Source: Candidatus Tharpella aukensis (GTDB lineage Bacteria > Desulfobacterota > Anaeroferrophillalia > Anaeroferrophillales > Tharpellaceae). Taken from it: DNA of 38,491 bases. The stretch spans positions 1 through 38,491 of the forward strand of contig JAGGWR010000032.1 of the NCBI GenBank assembly GCA_021163445.1, read 5' to 3'. How positions within the stretch are numbered: position 1 is the stretch's first letter; each line of letters opens with the position of its first letter. A program made the position numbers and the translations under genes. The notes beneath the pieces are model-generated. The model had not been told where the DNA came from. It made no database searches and saw nothing but the letters and a program-made list of their open reading frames with translations. Positions 19,151-28,552 of this stretch are shown in pieces.

Positions 19151-20080
19151 TTAATCCAGCAGGTAGTCAATCGGATTTACCGCCTTGCCATTTAAGACAA
19201 CCTCATAGTGAAGGTGGGCACCGGTACTGCGACCGGTATTACCAAGCAGTCCCAATTCCTGACCGCGAACCATCGAATCTCCGTTGTGAACAGTGATCTT
19301 TGAGAGGTGGCCATATTTGGTCACTTTTCCCAAACCATGGTCAACAATCACCATCTTCCCATAACCGCCTTTATAACCGGCAAAAACAACCTGGCCATCG
19401 GCGGTCACGACCACCGGAGTACCGACCCGATTAACAATATCGAGCCCCTTATGCAGTGCACGCCGACCGGTAAAAGGAGAAACCCGGTAACCGAAACGAG
19501 AGCTGATCCAACCCCGCACCGGCCAAACCGATGGAGTAAAATTGAGCAGAGCCTGGCGCTCTTTAAGATGTCTACTTAAATGTCCAAGTTCACCCTCTTC
19601 ATGCGTGATGTCAAGCTCTAAACGCTGCAACTCACTATGCATTCGAGCCAACTGCTGTTTACGCTCAGCGTCAATACTCGAAACCGTCAACTCCGCCGCC
19701 AGGGGATCAGGGCCGCCCACATTCTGAGTTTCAATCTGCCCGGGGACAATCGCCAGATTGGCCATAACCTTGACCCGGGCATTACTCTCTTTCAAATTTG
19801 TCAGTTGATCAGTAACATCGGCCATGCGCTGTGAAAAGTAATCTACCTGTTTCTCCAGTTCATAGTTTTTCTTTGCCAATCGACCATAATCATTGATATT
19901 ATGTAAATTTACCAGATAGAGAGCAATCGCCACCAAAGCCCCCAGAAAAAGGGCACACACCCCGGGTGCAACCAGCCACAAAGCTCTTTTTACCTGCTTG
20001 ACCGATAAGGTCAATTTTCGATGCACGCCGCTTCCGCTACGAAAAAGCACCAGCGTATATCGATCTTTAGACTCAATCAA
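19151..20080 (-). CDS. M23 family metallopeptidase (EnvC/NlpD-like murein endopeptidase; N-terminal TM plus coiled coil)
   Basis: 309 aa. The LytM signatures HKGLDI and GNTGRSTGAHLHYEV are present, along with an N-terminal hydrophobic helix and a coiled-coil region. Confidence 0.88.
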   Translation of the reverse strand: MIESKDRYTLVLFRSGSGVHRKLTLSVKQVKRALWLVAPGVCALFLGALVAIALYLVNLHNINDYGRLAKKNYELEKQVDYFSQRMADVTDQLTNLKESNARVKVMANLAIVPGQIETQNVGGPDPLAAELTVSSIDAERKQQLARMHSELQRLELDITHEEGELGHLSRHLKERQALLNFTPSVWPVRGWISSRFGYRVSPFTGRRALHKGLDIVNRVGTPVVVTADGQVVFAGYKGGYGKMVIVDHGLGKVTKYGHLSKITVHNGDSMVRGQELGLLGNTGRSTGAHLHYEVVLNGKAVNPIDYLLD

Positions 20081-20122
20081 AACAATCCGCCATTTATTAA
20101 AGTTAAGCCAACACTAAGGTAT

Positions 20123-20322
20123 GATAAACTCGTAAAAAATCATGGGATGGCTAAGTAAACATTCCGTATACCCGGCAATTCGGTGAGCCTTAATAGCAAA
20201 ACATTGCCAGATTGTCAATATTTTAGCTATTCACCGACAATCTTGCCAAACCAGGTTTTATATGGTATAAATAGGTACACGCTAAATACGCTTGATGGCG
20301 TCGTAAAAAGCGATTTCATCAA
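20123..20322. repeat. Fragments of family A repeat (copy A3, composite or rearranged)
   Basis: 20123-20160 (GATAAACTCGTAAAAAATCATGGGATGGCTAAGTAAA) matches the reverse complement of the right end of A2. 20294-20322 (GATGGCGTCGTAAAAAGCGATTTCATC) matches the left end of A1 and A2. An unrelated 10-bp inverted repeat lies between them. Confidence 0.5.
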
Positions 20323-20347
20323 TAATCCCCGCGACAGGAAAACAACC

Positions 20348-21742
20348 ATGATCAGTGTTGCCGTCAACCAGGAGAAAAGCGAAGCTCGTCTCTCAATAAC
20401 TCCTGACCCGGAAAACGAGAACGCAATAACAGCAGATCAACTGGTTACCGTCCTCAAAAAAAATAACGTGGTTGCGGGGATCAGCAAAAAGAACCTTTTT
20501 GCGATTCGTGATAAATTCAATCATGACCCCACTAAAGCAATCTCCGCCATTATCGCTCGGGGACTGGCTAAAAAACCGGTCGTTCAACACAAATATAACT
20601 TTCATTTTACAACCAGCACAAATATCGGCAAACTCAAGGGTGCTGATCAAATTGACTATAAAAACAAAGGGACAATTAAATTTTTCAAACCGGGAGAGGT
20701 TCTACTGGAGATCACCCTCGGTCATAATGGTACCCCCGGTAAACTTATCGACGGCACTATCATAAAAAATGAGCCCCTCGCACCGCTGCGCCGCTACAAA
20801 GCCGGTTCCGGTGTCGCCCTTGACGAAAACAACACTCAACTTATTTATAAAGTTACCAACGCCGGCCATCCAATATTGGACGGTGACAAGTTGGAGATCT
20901 CGGACACCTTTAATCTTGATGGTGATGTCGATCTCGAAACCGGCCATATCAAATTTGAAGGTTCTATAAAAATCAGCGGCAACCTTCTATCGGGCTTTCA
21001 CATCATCTCCAACGCCGATGTCTTTGTCGAAAAAACCATTAGCGGTTCAATCAGAACCAAAGGTAACTTGACTTCAAATGGAGGTATCATCGGCAGTGAT
21101 AATGAGAAAATTGCAGTCGGAGGAGACCTTATTTGTGAATACATCTCAACCGTCAACAACCTGCGAACCGGAGGCAGCATCACGGCCTCCAAACACATCA
21201 TCAACAGCCATATCATCGCCGGAACAACCGTCAGCTGCCAGGAGATGATTACCGGAGAGAGCAAGGTTGTCGCTTTTTTAGGGGTTACCTGCGGGGAACT
21301 GGGCAGCGACGAAGGCAGCCAAACCACAATTGAAACCGGCGGCGCTCTCGACTTACACGAAAAAATTAAAAAGATTGATGAATTTATGGAACCACTTATC
21401 ACGCAATCGATCGACATGGTTGATAAACTTGGATTACAGATTTTGATGAATAAGGATACTTCTTCCCTGCCCGAAGATGAACGACCTGAAGCGGAGAAAA
21501 TACTTAAGCAATATCTAGAAATAGAAGAAAACGTCACCCGTCTGAAGAAGAAAAAAAGTGAGCTTGAAGAAAAAGTTGAGGCCGGGCTCAGAGCCAGAAT
21601 CACCGTCAAAAAATGTGCTCACCCGGGAACCACAATAAAGATCGGCCTCGAAAACTATGTTGTCGAACGCAGCATCAGCGGACCAATCGAATTTTTCCTC
21701 GACAAGGACAGTAAAGTAATAACTTTCGAACGATTAACCTAG
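20348..21742 (+). CDS. FapA-family (DUF342) protein
   Basis: The beta-helix-like repetitive middle region (GDVDLETGHIKFEGSIKISGNL..., multiple G-x-I/V repeats) and the C-terminal coiled coil are typical of DUF342/FapA. The ORF track starts at 20183, but that extension runs through repeat A3. ATG 20348 (MISVAVNQ, AGGAAA SD) is preferred. Confidence 0.75.
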   Translation: MISVAVNQEKSEARLSITPDPENENAITADQLVTVLKKNNVVAGISKKNLFAIRDKFNHDPTKAISAIIARGLAKKPVVQHKYNFHFTTSTNIGKLKGADQIDYKNKGTIKFFKPGEVLLEITLGHNGTPGKLIDGTIIKNEPLAPLRRYKAGSGVALDENNTQLIYKVTNAGHPILDGDKLEISDTFNLDGDVDLETGHIKFEGSIKISGNLLSGFHIISNADVFVEKTISGSIRTKGNLTSNGGIIGSDNEKIAVGGDLICEYISTVNNLRTGGSITASKHIINSHIIAGTTVSCQEMITGESKVVAFLGVTCGELGSDEGSQTTIETGGALDLHEKIKKIDEFMEPLITQSIDMVDKLGLQILMNKDTSSLPEDERPEAEKILKQYLEIEENVTRLKKKKSELEEKVEAGLRARITVKKCAHPGTTIKIGLENYVVERSISGPIEFFLDKDSKVITFERLT

Positions 21743-21886
21743 GAGGCTGTCCGAAAATGCTCTTTTTCCCCAGCTCAGCGTTATTTTTTGAAAATAATGC
21801 TCGAAATACTAGGCGTATGTCTGTGCTTATTTTCAAAAAATGCCTCGATCTGAGAAAAAATTTCTATTCTCGGACAGCCTCCTAGG
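21738..21886. repeat. Palindromic MITE/REP-like repeat, family B, copy B1
   Basis: 149 nt. Perfect 17-nt terminal inverted repeats are CCTAGGAGGCTGTCCGA / TCGGACAGCCTCCTAGG. An internal 14-bp stem pairs 21784-21797 with 21827-21840. The apical core is at 21799-21826. The fapA-like stop codon TAG (21740-21742) lies inside the left end. Confidence 0.85.
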
Positions 21887-21939
21887 TAGTGCCTAAGAAT
21901 GCCCTTTACTCACTTCCTCTCCTATGTTAAAAAGCGTCC

Positions 21940-22815
21940 ATGCGAAACGTCGGAATAATTACGAAAAAGAAAAATAAAAGAGCTCTTGAAATCGGCATTA
22001 AACTGTACGAGTGGCTCAAAGAACGCAAACTTTACGGACTTTGTGAAGAGGAGCTGGCGACCCCGCTAAAACTCCCAAAGCAAAGTAAAACAGAGATCTC
22101 TGAACAAGCCGACCTGATTGTTGTTCTGGGCGGCGATGGCACTCTGCTCAGTATCGCCCGTCACATAAACCGGAGCGACCTGCCAATTCTCGGAGTCAAT
22201 CTGGGAGGATTGGGCTTTTTAACCGCAATCACGCTGGATGAACTTTTCAAAGTCATGACTGAGGTTCTGGCCGGCAATTTTTCCTTAAGTCCGCGCATGA
22301 TTCTCAAAGTCACCCTCCACCGCAAGGGGCACCCCATCTCCAGTCATAATGTTCTCAATGATGTCGTCATTAATAAAGGGGCGATGGCCCGGATCATTGA
22401 TCTAAAAACAGTAATCGACGGCAAGTTCGTCAACACGTTCAAAGCGGACGGATTGATCTTTTCGACCCCGACCGGCTCTACGGGTTACTCCCTTTCGGCA
22501 GGCGGACCGATTGTCTACCCGACTTTGAATAGTATTACCGTTGCCCCGATCTGCCCCCATACGCTCTCTAACCGTCCACTTATTGTTCCCCCTGAAGTCA
22601 CGATTGAGACAACCTTGACTTCAACCGACAGCGATGATGTATTTCTAACCCTCGATGGTCAGGCCGGATTTTCCCTGCAAACTCTCGACAAGGTCACGAT
22701 CACCAGAGCCTGCCATGACATCAAACTTGTCACCTCACCGAGCAAGCCCTATTTTGAAGTTCTGCGCAACAAACTAAAATGGGGCGAACGCTATCGGATA
22801 AAGGGTGAAGGATGA
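21940..22815 (+). CDS. nadK: NAD+ kinase
   Basis: 291 aa with the motifs GGDGTLL, NLGGLGFL and STPTGSTGYSLSAGGPIV. Confidence 0.93.
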   Translation: MRNVGIITKKKNKRALEIGIKLYEWLKERKLYGLCEEELATPLKLPKQSKTEISEQADLIVVLGGDGTLLSIARHINRSDLPILGVNLGGLGFLTAITLDELFKVMTEVLAGNFSLSPRMILKVTLHRKGHPISSHNVLNDVVINKGAMARIIDLKTVIDGKFVNTFKADGLIFSTPTGSTGYSLSAGGPIVYPTLNSITVAPICPHTLSNRPLIVPPEVTIETTLTSTDSDDVFLTLDGQAGFSLQTLDKVTITRACHDIKLVTSPSKPYFEVLRNKLKWGERYRIKGEG

Positions 22816-22818
22816 AGG

Positions 22819-24522
22819 ATGCTTAAACATCTAACAATCAGCAACTATAAACTAATTGATCACATCGAATGTGATTTTTTTTCCGGCTTAACCGTTCTCA
22901 CCGGTGAGACCGGAGCCGGTAAATCAGTCATCTTAAGCGCTTTGATCACTCTTTTAGAGGGTAAACCGGGCGCCGACATTTTCCATGACGAAAAACATCC
23001 GGTAATTATCAGCGCGATCTTCTCTTTGCCGCAAAACCCTTCTTTCCAGTCGCGGCTTAACGATTCAGGCTTTGCCGGCAATCAGGATGAGCTTATTCTG
23101 CGCCGCCATATCAGCATTAAAAACCGTGGTGGTATCAACAACCGCATCTACTTAAACGACCAACCAACCACCGGCAACACGGTCACGGCCCTGTCCGCCC
23201 ATCTAGTTGAATTTGTCGACCAGCATCAGCAACAAAGTTTACGCAATCCTCGGGAGCCGCTGCGTCTGGTCGATGCTTTCGGCGGCCTGGCACTCATGCA
23301 AGAGGAGTACAAAAACCTTTTTCATAAACATCAGGAACAAGAACTTAAGCTGGAGCAGTGGTCACAAAAAATCAGTGAAGCAGCCCGGCAGATGGACTAC
23401 TACACCCATCAGCTGACAGAGTTGAACGAGGCCTGCTTAGACCCCCAGGAAGAGGAAGAACTGCAGGCCCAACGCCAACAATACCAGCAGAGCGGCAAAC
23501 TTCAGGAATTGACCAGAGAAGCTGAGGAGATCAGCTATTCCAACAACAACTCAATCATTGACAACTGTTATCGACTGCTTGAAATCAGCACTGAACTCTC
23601 ACGTTTAGATAACTCCGCCCCCAAAGCGGAAGAGACTTTAACGGAGATCATCGACAGCCTTCAAGAGATTTACAAAGCAAATCAAAGCTACCTGGCCCGC
23701 CTCGACATCGACGAACAAACTATCGAGGAGACCGAAGAACGACTCGCCATTTTAGAACGTCTCAAACGAAAATTTGCGACCGACATAAACGGCCTGATTG
23801 AGTTACATAAAGAACTTGAAGGAAAAGTCAAAAGCTGGGAGAATCGCGACACTGAAAAAGAGCGCCTGACCCATGAACTTGTGCAAAAAAGAGAAAAGAT
23901 GTTAAAGGCGGCTGAAAAACTAAGCCTCGCCCGCCGGAAACAGGGAGAGATTCTGGCCCGAACCGTAACCAAGCATCTTCATGATCTCAATCTGGCTCAG
24001 GCTCGCTTTATTATCAAAAGAGAGGCTATCCCATGCTCGGCTGCGGGCATGGATAAAATCACCTTCCTCTTTAGCGCCAACCCCGGCGAGGCGCCTGCCC
24101 CAATTGGAGATATCGCCTCCGGTGGTGAACTCTCCAGGCTTTTATTGGCGCTAAAAACCACCCTCGCCCATCATTACCAACTCCCAACCATGATTTTTGA
24201 TGAGGTCGACACCGGCCTCGGCGGCGGCACCGCCGCCGCCGTTGGTCGCAAAATTGCCGACATTGCCAAAAACTGCCAGGTAATCACTGTAACTCACCTG
24301 CCCCAGGTTGCGGCTTTCGCTGACCAGCACTTTGTCATTGATAAATTAATCTGCCCGGAAAAAGAAGAGACTAAAATCCAAATCAGCGAATTTACTCCTG
24401 ATCAGGAGCCGGAGAGGATTCGCGAACTGGCCCGTATGGGCAGTGGTGAAGAGATCACCAAAGAGGCTGAAAAACACGCTGGAGTCTTACGTAAAGAGGC
24501 TTTAAAGGACAAAACAGAATGA
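22819..24522 (+). CDS. recN: DNA repair protein RecN
   Basis: 567 aa. It has the N-terminal Walker A motif LTGETGAGKSV, a long coiled coil, and the C-terminal ASGGELSRLLLALK...IFDEVDTGLGG. nadK-recN is the usual gene order. Confidence 0.93.
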   Translation: MLKHLTISNYKLIDHIECDFFSGLTVLTGETGAGKSVILSALITLLEGKPGADIFHDEKHPVIISAIFSLPQNPSFQSRLNDSGFAGNQDELILRRHISIKNRGGINNRIYLNDQPTTGNTVTALSAHLVEFVDQHQQQSLRNPREPLRLVDAFGGLALMQEEYKNLFHKHQEQELKLEQWSQKISEAARQMDYYTHQLTELNEACLDPQEEEELQAQRQQYQQSGKLQELTREAEEISYSNNNSIIDNCYRLLEISTELSRLDNSAPKAEETLTEIIDSLQEIYKANQSYLARLDIDEQTIEETEERLAILERLKRKFATDINGLIELHKELEGKVKSWENRDTEKERLTHELVQKREKMLKAAEKLSLARRKQGEILARTVTKHLHDLNLAQARFIIKREAIPCSAAGMDKITFLFSANPGEAPAPIGDIASGGELSRLLLALKTTLAHHYQLPTMIFDEVDTGLGGGTAAAVGRKIADIAKNCQVITVTHLPQVAAFADQHFVIDKLICPEKEETKIQISEFTPDQEPERIRELARMGSGEEITKEAEKHAGVLRKEALKDKTE

Positions 24523-24968
24523 TTCGTCGGGCCACCATAAAAGATGTAAAAATCATTCAGAGTACGCTCAAACATTATGCTGATCAGGGGCTGCTGTTGC
24601 CCCGTTCACTGAGCGACCTCTATGACAACCTACGTGATTTCATAGTTTACCAAAAGGAGGAAAAAATCTTTGGGGTTAGCGCTCTGCATGTCTGCTGGGA
24701 AGATTTGGGAGAGATTCGTTCGCTCGCCGTCCTGCCACCTCACACAAAACAGGGAATCGGTCGACAACTAGTCTACGATTGCGAAGAAGAGGCTGCAAAG
24801 CTGGGTTTAAAAAAAGTCTTCACCCTGACCTATCAGGAGAGTTTTTTTGCCGGTCTCGGATATCGGACAATCGACAAAAACCAACTTCCCCACAAGATCT
24901 GGGGTGACTGCCTGAAATGCGCCAAATTCCCCGACTGTGATGAGATCGCCATGATCAAAGAACTTTAA
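24519..24968 (+). CDS. GNAT-family N-acetyltransferase (ArgA C-terminal-domain-like)
   Basis: 149 aa. It has the acetyl-CoA binding-type motif IRSLAVLPPHTKQGIGRQL and overlaps recN by 4 nt. Confidence 0.75.
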   Translation: MIRRATIKDVKIIQSTLKHYADQGLLLPRSLSDLYDNLRDFIVYQKEEKIFGVSALHVCWEDLGEIRSLAVLPPHTKQGIGRQLVYDCEEEAAKLGLKKVFTLTYQESFFAGLGYRTIDKNQLPHKIWGDCLKCAKFPDCDEIAMIKEL

Positions 24969-26242
24969 TCATCTTCACCAACCACTTGGTTACGACCACG
25001 ATCCTTGGCTCGATATAAGGCTTGATCGACCCTTTCAACATAGCTCTCGAGAGTATCATCCACCTTTAATGTACCAACCCCGATACTAATAGTTACCAAA
25101 AAAGGTTTCCCCTTATAGGTAAAACGACTAGCTTCAACCTTCCGTCGAATACGATCGGCGACATCAAACGCTGACTGATAAGGAGTATGCGGCAGGATCA
25201 AGGCAAACTCCTCACCACCATAACGAGCCAAAACGTCAATCTCACGAATCTCCTTTTTCATCACGTCGCTTAATATCCGCAAAACCCCATCCCCGGTTCG
25301 ATGCCCATAGGAGTCATTAACTTTTTTGAAATGATCAATATCAATAATCGCCAAGGCCGTCGGCCGACCGTAACGCTGAAAACCGGCCATCTCATGCTTG
25401 ATCTTTTCGTCGTAAGCCCGGCGGTTATAGGTTCTCGTCAGAGGATCGATAATAATCTCCTGCTTAACCTTTTCCATCTGTTTTTTTAAGATTTCAACCT
25501 GTTTATTGGCATCATGTACCTGTTCCCGTGACTGTTGCACATCCGCCACCAGCTGCCGGGTTTTAACCTGCAAGCCTTTGGTTTGCTGCAAGAGCAACTC
25601 GCGAATTTCCTGAACTTCATTCAAAGTCCGGGCCTGCTGCAAGCGCTCGATACATTCATCCAGACCACTGTCAAAATCACCACTGCTAAGTAAAAGATCG
25701 GAGATCGAATCCGCCAAGATAGTGATGATCTTCTTCAGCTCATCCCGCTCCCGATCGGTCTCATCATCAAGAATAATACTGACTGAAAAAAGACGTTTAA
25801 ACTTGACGACGTAACGTTTCATATCAGAGAGTGCAGCGATATTTTTCAGGTCATCCCGACATTCCAGAAAAAGTTTCCGACTCTCTTCTTTATGCAGAGA
25901 TAGAGCTTCAATCTGATGCAATGCCATCCCCAGCAATGATTTCAATTCATCGACAAGGGAATGCAGATCGTTTTCAACGTTCGACTGGAATAACAGGTCA
26001 TTTTTCAATTGCTGTATAGACGCCAACAGACGATCAACATCAACCGGTTTCTCTTTGATCAACAGAGCTTTGACCTGCTTATGAATACGCTTAATCTGAC
26101 TCGCATTGGCAGCACTTACCAGAGACTCATGCAACGAACTCAAAACTTTGCCTGAATCATGACCACTGGATAGCGACCCCTGCAATGTTTTTAATAAAAA
26201 AATCGAAAGTTCTTTATACTCTCTAATCATATCAATATTCAT
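24965..26242 (-). CDS. Diguanylate cyclase (long coiled-coil/helical N-terminal region plus GGDEF domain)
   Basis: 425 aa. It contains DPLTRTYNRR, IDIDHFKKVND, and the active site with I-site REIDVLARYGGEEF (RxxD five residues before GGEEF). Confidence 0.88.
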   Translation of the reverse strand: MNIDMIREYKELSIFLLKTLQGSLSSGHDSGKVLSSLHESLVSAANASQIKRIHKQVKALLIKEKPVDVDRLLASIQQLKNDLLFQSNVENDLHSLVDELKSLLGMALHQIEALSLHKEESRKLFLECRDDLKNIAALSDMKRYVVKFKRLFSVSIILDDETDRERDELKKIITILADSISDLLLSSGDFDSGLDECIERLQQARTLNEVQEIRELLLQQTKGLQVKTRQLVADVQQSREQVHDANKQVEILKKQMEKVKQEIIIDPLTRTYNRRAYDEKIKHEMAGFQRYGRPTALAIIDIDHFKKVNDSYGHRTGDGVLRILSDVMKKEIREIDVLARYGGEEFALILPHTPYQSAFDVADRIRRKVEASRFTYKGKPFLVTISIGVGTLKVDDTLESYVERVDQALYRAKDRGRNQVVGEDD

Positions 26243-26265
26243 CTATACAACCTGTATGGTCCTGG

Positions 26266-27885
26266 TTATGAAATGCAAGAATCATCACGATGTTGTAACG
26301 GAAGCAAAACCCTAAAAGAACTTCCTTTACCAATTTCACTATTAAAACTGATGGTTCCCCTATGCTGATCCACTATTGTTTGAACCGTAAACAGACCCAA
26401 CCCGGTCGCCCCGCCCGCAACTTCAACTTTCTTGGTCGAAAAAAATGGATCAAATAGATGTTCTTGGCACTCTTGAGTTATGCCGACACCATTATCACTA
26501 ACTGAGAAAAAAATATGATTTTCATCCTCTAGCCCAGTAGCTATCGTAACCTGACCAACAAAACCATCTTCAGCTTGACCTTTGCGCTCTCGAATCGTCT
26601 GCACTGCATTAAGCATCAAGTTTAACACAACTTGTTGAATCGATCCTTTTTCCATTTGACCGGAGGGCAATTCTTCGGCAAATTTTTTGTTCACGCCGAC
26701 CTGTTCACGTTCCAACTCATAACGACTGAAGGAGAGGGCGTCATCAATCACCTGATTTAGAGAGAGCGGAAAAAACTCTTTACGTTCAGGGTGAGAAAAA
26801 ACCATCAGATTACTGGCCATCAAATTCAGAGCTTCGACCTGAACCCTAAGCCTGCCAAGCAGCATTAAATCTTTTTCATGCCCAGCGGGAATTGTTTCAA
26901 AACGGATCTCCAAAAGCTGTACAACCCCGTAGATTGCAGCCAGATAGTTATTCAGGTCATGAGCAATGCCAGCCGCCATTTGCCCGATACTGGCCATTTT
27001 TTCGGCCCTTATCACTTGGTCTTCCATCATTACCAGAGGGCTTGTATCATGAATATAGACTACCGCCTCATGGCTTTCATTACTCTCCTCATGAAAAATC
27101 GGATAGCAGTAAATATTAACATACTCACGTCCAGACCGACGCCCCTCAGCCCGTAAACGGGTCTGGCTTTGACCATCCTTCATACATTCACACGGCAGAC
27201 AGTCGGCACAAGGGCTTGAGCGCTGGCGAAAAACCTGATAACATTTTTTACCGACCAAATCTTTCGGCAAAGCATTAAAATAAGCCGCCTCAGCCCGGTT
27301 AATGGACTGAATGATATAATTATCATCAACCAGATAGAGACCGTTTTCGAGGGCATCAAGGGTTCGCCGATAACGCTGCCGACTTTTGCTGATCTTGTAA
27401 TTCTGTTTTTCCAAAACCCGGGAAAAGTTTTCCAGTTGCTGACTATGAGCAATTTGATCTTTATATTGACTATCGAGAAGATTTATTACATTATCAAGGA
27501 TTCCCAGATAACTGCCCATAGCCGTCTCCGAACCGGAGCGAACTTCCTCCTCACTGTCAACCTTCTCACTGTCAACCTTATGTTTTTCGACAAAAAGGAC
27601 AATTTCATCCAAACGAGCTCGAACCGGCCAAATAACTTTCGCCAAAAACCAAGAGAGGGCAACCGCCAACAGAGCATGGACAACCAGAGAGAAACCGAAA
27701 GAGTAGGTTGAAACGGGGAAAAAAAACATCCCGAGAACCGCAACGACATTAAGAATGATCAGTAATTTAATAAAAAATGTCACCTTGAAACGAGAAAAAA
27801 GATCAATATGCAACCCGATTCCTCCCCTCATCCTTGGCCTGATAGAGCTTTTTATCAGCCCGCTCAACCAGTGTTCCTGCGTCAC
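26266..27885 (-). CDS. Membrane-bound PAS sensor histidine kinase
   Basis: There are two TM helices, a PAS domain with a Cys cluster (KKCY...PCADCLPCEC), the H-box AAGIAHDLNNYL, and an HATPase_c domain (DNGVGI, GLGLF). The start is uncertain. Candidates are ATG 27885, ATG 27831, or TTG 27813; the last has the best SD (GGAGG, 7-nt spacing). Confidence 0.85.
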   Translation of the reverse strand: MTQEHWLSGLIKSSIRPRMRGGIGLHIDLFSRFKVTFFIKLLIILNVVAVLGMFFFPVSTYSFGFSLVVHALLAVALSWFLAKVIWPVRARLDEIVLFVEKHKVDSEKVDSEEEVRSGSETAMGSYLGILDNVINLLDSQYKDQIAHSQQLENFSRVLEKQNYKISKSRQRYRRTLDALENGLYLVDDNYIIQSINRAEAAYFNALPKDLVGKKCYQVFRQRSSPCADCLPCECMKDGQSQTRLRAEGRRSGREYVNIYCYPIFHEESNESHEAVVYIHDTSPLVMMEDQVIRAEKMASIGQMAAGIAHDLNNYLAAIYGVVQLLEIRFETIPAGHEKDLMLLGRLRVQVEALNLMASNLMVFSHPERKEFFPLSLNQVIDDALSFSRYELEREQVGVNKKFAEELPSGQMEKGSIQQVVLNLMLNAVQTIRERKGQAEDGFVGQVTIATGLEDENHIFFSVSDNGVGITQECQEHLFDPFFSTKKVEVAGGATGLGLFTVQTIVDQHRGTISFNSEIGKGSSFRVLLPLQHRDDSCIS

Positions 27886-28552
27886 TCATCGAAGCATCAT
27901 AAGCAGCCACCCCCAGACAAATCGTCAAATTGCCTTCAGTTTGACCCGCCAACAAAGGCTGTTGCTCTTGACCGGGAATCTCGGCCTTTTCAATCTCACG
28001 CCGGAAACGTTCAGCAACGCCGATCGTATCCTTAATCCCGCTATGACAAAGAATCACAAACTCTTCACCGCCATAACGCGCGACGATATCACTATGCCGA
28101 GCATTATCCAGCAAAAGATTAGCCACGGTTAAAAGCACCTTGTCACCTGCCGGGTGACCATGGGTATCATTATAGTTTTTGAAATTATCGATATCGATCA
28201 TAATCAATGAGAGTTCCCCGGAGTAGCGTTTAATACGTTCAAACTCTTCTCGTAAACGCTGTTGAAAATGACGATGGTTATAGAGGCCGGTCAACCCATC
28301 GGTAATCACCAGCTTACTTAAAACTTCCTCTTTCTCGCGCAGTTCAGCAATCAGAATAGCCTGCTGAAAAGCTGCTTCGCGCAAGATTTCAGCCGCGCTG
28401 CGGTCACATTGATCAGCCAGAATAACGCTCAACTGATCTTTCAATATGCGATTCTCTTCACAGGACAAAACCAGTTTTTTTTTCAATTCAGCCCGGCTCA
28501 TCCCTTCTCTATTTTTGACCATTCTTTTACCGACTCCATTTATCAATAACAA
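27803..28552 (-). CDS. Diguanylate cyclase (short coiled-coil N-terminus plus GGDEF domain)
   Basis: 249 aa. It contains DGLTGLYNHR, IDIDNFKNYND, and RHSDIVARYGGEEF (I-site plus GGEEF). The start is ambiguous: TTG 28552, ATG 28522 or ATG 28501. Confidence 0.85.
   Translation of the reverse strand: MLLINGVGKRMVKNREGMSRAELKKKLVLSCEENRILKDQLSVILADQCDRSAAEILREAAFQQAILIAELREKEEVLSKLVITDGLTGLYNHRHFQQRLREEFERIKRYSGELSLIMIDIDNFKNYNDTHGHPAGDKVLLTVANLLLDNARHSDIVARYGGEEFVILCHSGIKDTIGVAERFRREIEKAEIPGQEQQPLLAGQTEGNLTICLGVAAYDASMSDAGTLVERADKKLYQAKDEGRNRVAY

Noticed and set aside
20183-20347. The 55-codon N-terminal extension of the fapA-like ORF given in the ORF track
   Set aside because: The extension runs through repeat fragments (its DGVVKS peptide is encoded by the family A end) and starts with GTG. 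The internal ATG at 20348 has a plausible SD.
20998-21609. A 203-aa minus-strand ORF inside the fapA-like gene. Similar long antisense ORFs occur at 2710-3264, 1422-1883, 12477-12878 and 17738-18136.
   Set aside because: All lie opposite strongly supported genes. They have Ser/Leu/Arg-rich or otherwise unnatural compositions and lack start contexts. They are typical shadow ORFs.
21757-21885. A 42-aa ORF inside repeat B1, starting 10 nt after the AGGAGG in the left end and stopping at the TAG in the right end
   Set aside because: In copy B2 the equivalent frame terminates early after 25 codons because of an indel. Differences between copies track hairpin pairing rather than codon position. 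It is most likely a by-product of the palindrome.
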